From contig NIVC01000755.1 of the NCBI GenBank assembly GCA_002269645.1, forward strand, positions 124,001 to 188,000: DNA of 64,000 bases, written 5' to 3'. Below the pieces are notes generated by a model, which was not told where the DNA came from, ran no database searches, and saw only the letters and a list, made by a program, of their open reading frames with translations. This DNA comes from Macrostomum lignano (lineage: Eukaryota). Shown in pieces: positions 60,094 through 64,000 of the stretch. Both the position numbers and the translations under genes were made by a program. Every line of letters begins with the position of its first letter. The first letter of the stretch is position 1.

Positions 60094-62377
60094 TTTAGAA
60101 TTTGGATCGAAAAATATGATAGGAATTGAATTGAAAAATAAGATAGGTAGAATTAGAATGAAAAAGTAAAGATAGTCTGAGTGAGGGGTTGTGTGATAAT
60201 TGACAAAGATAAGAAAACAATCATGACAAACTTTTTATACTCAGCGCACCACCCCCACCCCAAAAAGCTGTACACTATTCAGTGTTAATAAATTTACACT
60301 AAACGTAAATTCTCTCCAGCGCCCGCTGCTAATTAATTGGTCAAGCTGCCCTTTAAAGCCAAAATTCTCCTTACAAAACTGCTAATAAAATGGTCAAAGT
60401 CAACAAGCAGCGATGAACAAATAGATGTGCAAATACTCGTGCACATTTTACACTCATCTTTTTTACCACAAAGTTGTTAGCAATGTTGCATTGAAAACTT
60501 TCAATAAAAATCGCTTATATATATGAAAGTCGCTCTCTGCTATGCAGTCTTGGTCTTGGTAATCCTTGGATTATTAAGAGCAATAATCCTTGGCTTATCG
60601 AGTGCAGTAATCATTGATTTATTAAGAGCAATAATCCTTGGCTTATCGAGTGCAGTAATCCTTGGTTTGCCAAGAGCAATAGTCCTTGGTTTATCGAGTG
60701 CAGTAATCCTTGGTTTATTAATAGCAATAATCCTTGATTAATCAAATGCATTAATCCTTGGTTCGTTAATAGCAATAGTCCTTGGTTTATCGAGTGCAGT
60801 AATCCTTGGTTTAGTAATAGCAATAATCCTTGGCTTATTGAGTGCAGTAATCCTTGGTTTATTAAGAGCAATAATCCTTGGCTTATTGAGTACAGTAATC
60901 CTTGGTTTATTAATAGCAATAGTCCTTGGCTTATCGAGTGCAGTAATCCTTGGTTTTCCAAGTGCAGTAATCCTTGGCTTATCGAGTGCAGTAATCCTTG
61001 GTTTATTAATAGCAATAATCTTTGGCTTATCGAGTGCAGTAATCATTGATTTATTAAGAGCAATAATCCTTGGCTTATTGAGTACAGTAATCCTTGGTTT
61101 ATTAATAGCAATAGTCCTTGGCTTATCGAGTGCAGTAATCCTTGGTTTTCCAAGTGCAGTAATCCTTGGCTTATCGAGTGCAGTAATCCTTGGTTTATTA
61201 ATAGCAATAATCCTTGGCTTATCGAGTGCAGTAATCCTTGGTTTGCCAAGAGCAATAGTCCTTGGTTTATCGAGTGCAGTGATCCTTGGTTTATTAAGAG
61301 CAGTAATCCTTGGCTTCTTGAGTGCAGTAATCCTTGGTTTATTAATAGCAATAATCCTTGGCTTATCGAGTGCAGTAATCCTTGGTTTGCCAAGAGCAAT
61401 AGTCCTTGGTTTATCGAGTGCAGTGATCCTTGGTTTATTAAGAGCAGTAATCCTTGGCTTCTTGAGTGCAGTAATCCTTGGTTTATTAATAGCAATAATC
61501 CTTGGCTTATCGAGTGCAGTAATCCTTGGTTTGCCAAGAGCAATAGTCCTTGGTTTATCGAGTGCAGTAATCCTTGGTTTATTAAGAGCAGTAATCCTTG
61601 GCTTCTTGAGTGCAGTAATTCTTGGTTTGCCAAGTGCAGTAATCCTTGGTTTATTAATAGCAATAATCCATGGCTTATCGAGTGCAGTAATCCTTGGTTT
61701 ATTAATAGCAATAATCCTTGGCTTATCGAGTGCAGTAATCTAAGTGTTTTTATTTAGCCTTTAATAAAAAATTTTACACTACTACTTTTAAACTACTTAG
61801 ATTCGAACCCAGGTTGCTGCATTAGCAGTCTGGTCTGTTCAGCTCTAGGCTAGCTCTCATCGAAGTTATCACTGAATTTGTACCACTTATATAATTCAAC
61901 ACTCACACAAAGTCAGGTAGAGTAAAAAGTCACGAAGCAGTTATGACATAATCAATTTCTTAGGCAAGTCAGTACCAGTCTCTATAAAAGTTAACAATAT
62001 GGTTACGCAATATAAATTGAGTACTGTGCTATGCTTTCACACTCAACGCTGTGACGCAATTCAATTGAGTGTCTTGTGTATTGTGATGCAATCTATTTCA
62101 GAATCAGAATTCAACCAGTCAGTTTTTCTGCTAGCATTCTTACGATGCATTTCAAGTCGAAAGAGCTGCTTGACCTTTGCAAAAAAGCATGTTTTTCGAA
62201 TATTTAATCCCTTTAGCATCAAGCAATTTCTTAGCCACGATGCATGTACTGTCACGGGAAAATTTCTGATCGAACAGTGCAAGTTCGAAGAAAATCGGTT
62301 GAGCCGTTTTTGCTAAAATCGATCACACACACACACATACACACACACATACCGACAGACCATTTTTAGTATATGGA

Positions 62378-64000
62378 CTAGCAATCTTCGCCCCCCGTTG
62401 GGGGACATCTGTATAGAATCTCTGTTCTCTACATGTAATAAGAAAATAGCCAAAAAAAGCTTTTACAAAGAAAACAGACAAACTACTCAAATGAAGTGCA
62501 ATGCAAAAAGAAATCATCCCAAGACAGCAAGCATCACCCAGAGAGAAAGCATCCCCCAGATAGCAAGCATCACCCAGATAGCAAGCATCCCCCAGATAGC
62601 AAGCATCCCCCAGATTGCAAGCATCCCCCGGATAGCAAGCATCCCCAGATAGCAAGCATCCCCAGATAGCAAGCATCACCCAAATAGCAAGCATCCCCAG
62701 ATAGCAAGCATCCCCCAGATAGCAAGCATCACCCAAATAGCAAGCATCCCCAGATAGCAAGCATCCCCCAGATAGCAAGCATCCCCCAGATAGCAAGCAT
62801 CCCCAAGATACAAGCTAGCAAGCATCCCCCAGATAGATAGCATCCCCAAATAGCAAGCATCCACCAGACAATAAGTAGCTAGTGCGACAATTTCCTTAGC
62901 ATTATAGTGGCTCCTTTAAAATTCGCTCACTTTTACGTTTGAAATTGTGTATCTTTTATGTTTGACATGGTGGCTCTTTTATGTTTGAAATGAAGTCACT
63001 TATATGTTTGACATGGTGAATCTTTTAAATGTTTTACAGGTTGGCTCTTTAAGTTTCAACATGGTGGCTCTTTTATGTTCGACATAGTGGCTCCTTTATG
63101 TTCGACATGGTGGCTCTTTTATATTAGAAATGGTGGCTCTTTTATGTTCGACATGGTGGTTCTTTCATGTTCGAAATGGTTGGCTCTTTTATGTTTGAAA
63201 TAAAGTCTCTTATATGTTCGACATGGTGGCTCTTTAATGTTCGACACGATGGAACTTTAATGTTTGATATGGTGGCTCTTTAATGTTTGACATGGTAGCT
63301 CTTTAATGTTCAACATGGTGGCTCTTTTATGTTTGAAATAAAGTCTCTTATATGTTTGACATGGTGGCTCTTTAATGTTCTACATGGTGGCTCTTTAATG
63401 TTAGACATGGAGTCACATATATGCTTTACATGGTGGTTCTTTTATGTTTGACATGGTGGCTCTTTAATATTTGACATGGTGGCTCTTTAATGTTTGGCAT
63501 GGTGGCTCTTTAATGTTTGACATGGTGGCTCTTTTATGTTTGACATGGTGGCTCTTTAATGTTTGGCATGGTGGCTCTTTAATGTTTGACATGGTGGCTC
63601 TTTTATGTTTGACATGGTGGCTCTTTAATGTTTGGCATGGTGGCTCTTTTATGTTTGACATGGTAACTTTTTAATGTTTGATATGTAGGCTCTTTAATTT
63701 TTGAAATGGTGGCTCCTTAATGTTCCACATGGTGGCTCTTTAATGTTGCACATGGAGTCATATATGCTTGACATGGTGGCTCTTCTATGTTTGATATGGT
63801 GGCTCTTTAATGTTCGACATGGTGGCTCTTTTATGTTTGACATGGTGGCTCTTTAATGTTCAACATGGTGGCTCTAATATTTGACATGCTGGCTCTTTAA
63901 TGTTTGACATGGTGGCTCTTTTATGTTTGACATGGTGGCTCTTTAATGTTTGACATGGTGGCTCTTTAATGTTTGGCATGGTGGCTCTTTTATGTTCAAC
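62378..64000 (-). mobile_element. Family B Helitron E6 (beta type, runs off the window)
   Basis: 3' hairpin + GATTGCTAG at 62378; same 18-bp then 23-bp arrays as E2. Confidence 0.9.

Larger units (their letters stand above)
51780..62377 (-). mobile_element. Family B Helitron E5, 10.6 kb, cargo-bearing
   Basis: 5' end and core nearly identical to E4. The 3' end matches the E4 3' end but has lost CT of CTAG. No Rep/helicase ORF seen. Confidence 0.8.

Overview
Eukaryotic, almost entirely transposon-derived window with no recognisable host gene. The metazoan assignment rests on spliceosomal introns, TTAGGG-type repeats and Harbinger/piggyBac/Crypton/Helitron content. The RT fragment reminded me of free-living flatworm (Macrostomum-like) repeats, but that is unverified. 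There are three zones. (1) 1-9104: three head-to-tail rolling-circle elements (Helentron/HINE-like, 'family A'), one carrying a 3.5-kb 53-bp satellite whose unit looks like a Helitron terminator. (2) 9105-34100: a deeply nested cluster of PIF/Harbinger elements (transposase plus Myb/SANT gene), two Crypton tyrosine-recombinase loci (one with its halves in permuted order), a piggyBac, five solo LTRs or LTR fragments, MITEs and an RT remnant. An 8-mer, CCATAGAC, is strongly enriched here. (3) 34130-64000: an uninterrupted minus-strand train of at least six non-autonomous Helitrons ('family B') joined CTAG|TC. They share a 5' core and a tRNA-like Pol III box but expand different minisatellites. 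One 10.6-kb member carries an apparently intact spliced RPA70-like two-OB-fold gene. It also carries a divergently oriented spliced zinc-knuckle/polyQ mini-gene that the ORF track misses, and an ATG leader fused in frame to the 24-bp satellite. All coordinates and alignments were read by eye; no database searches were run.
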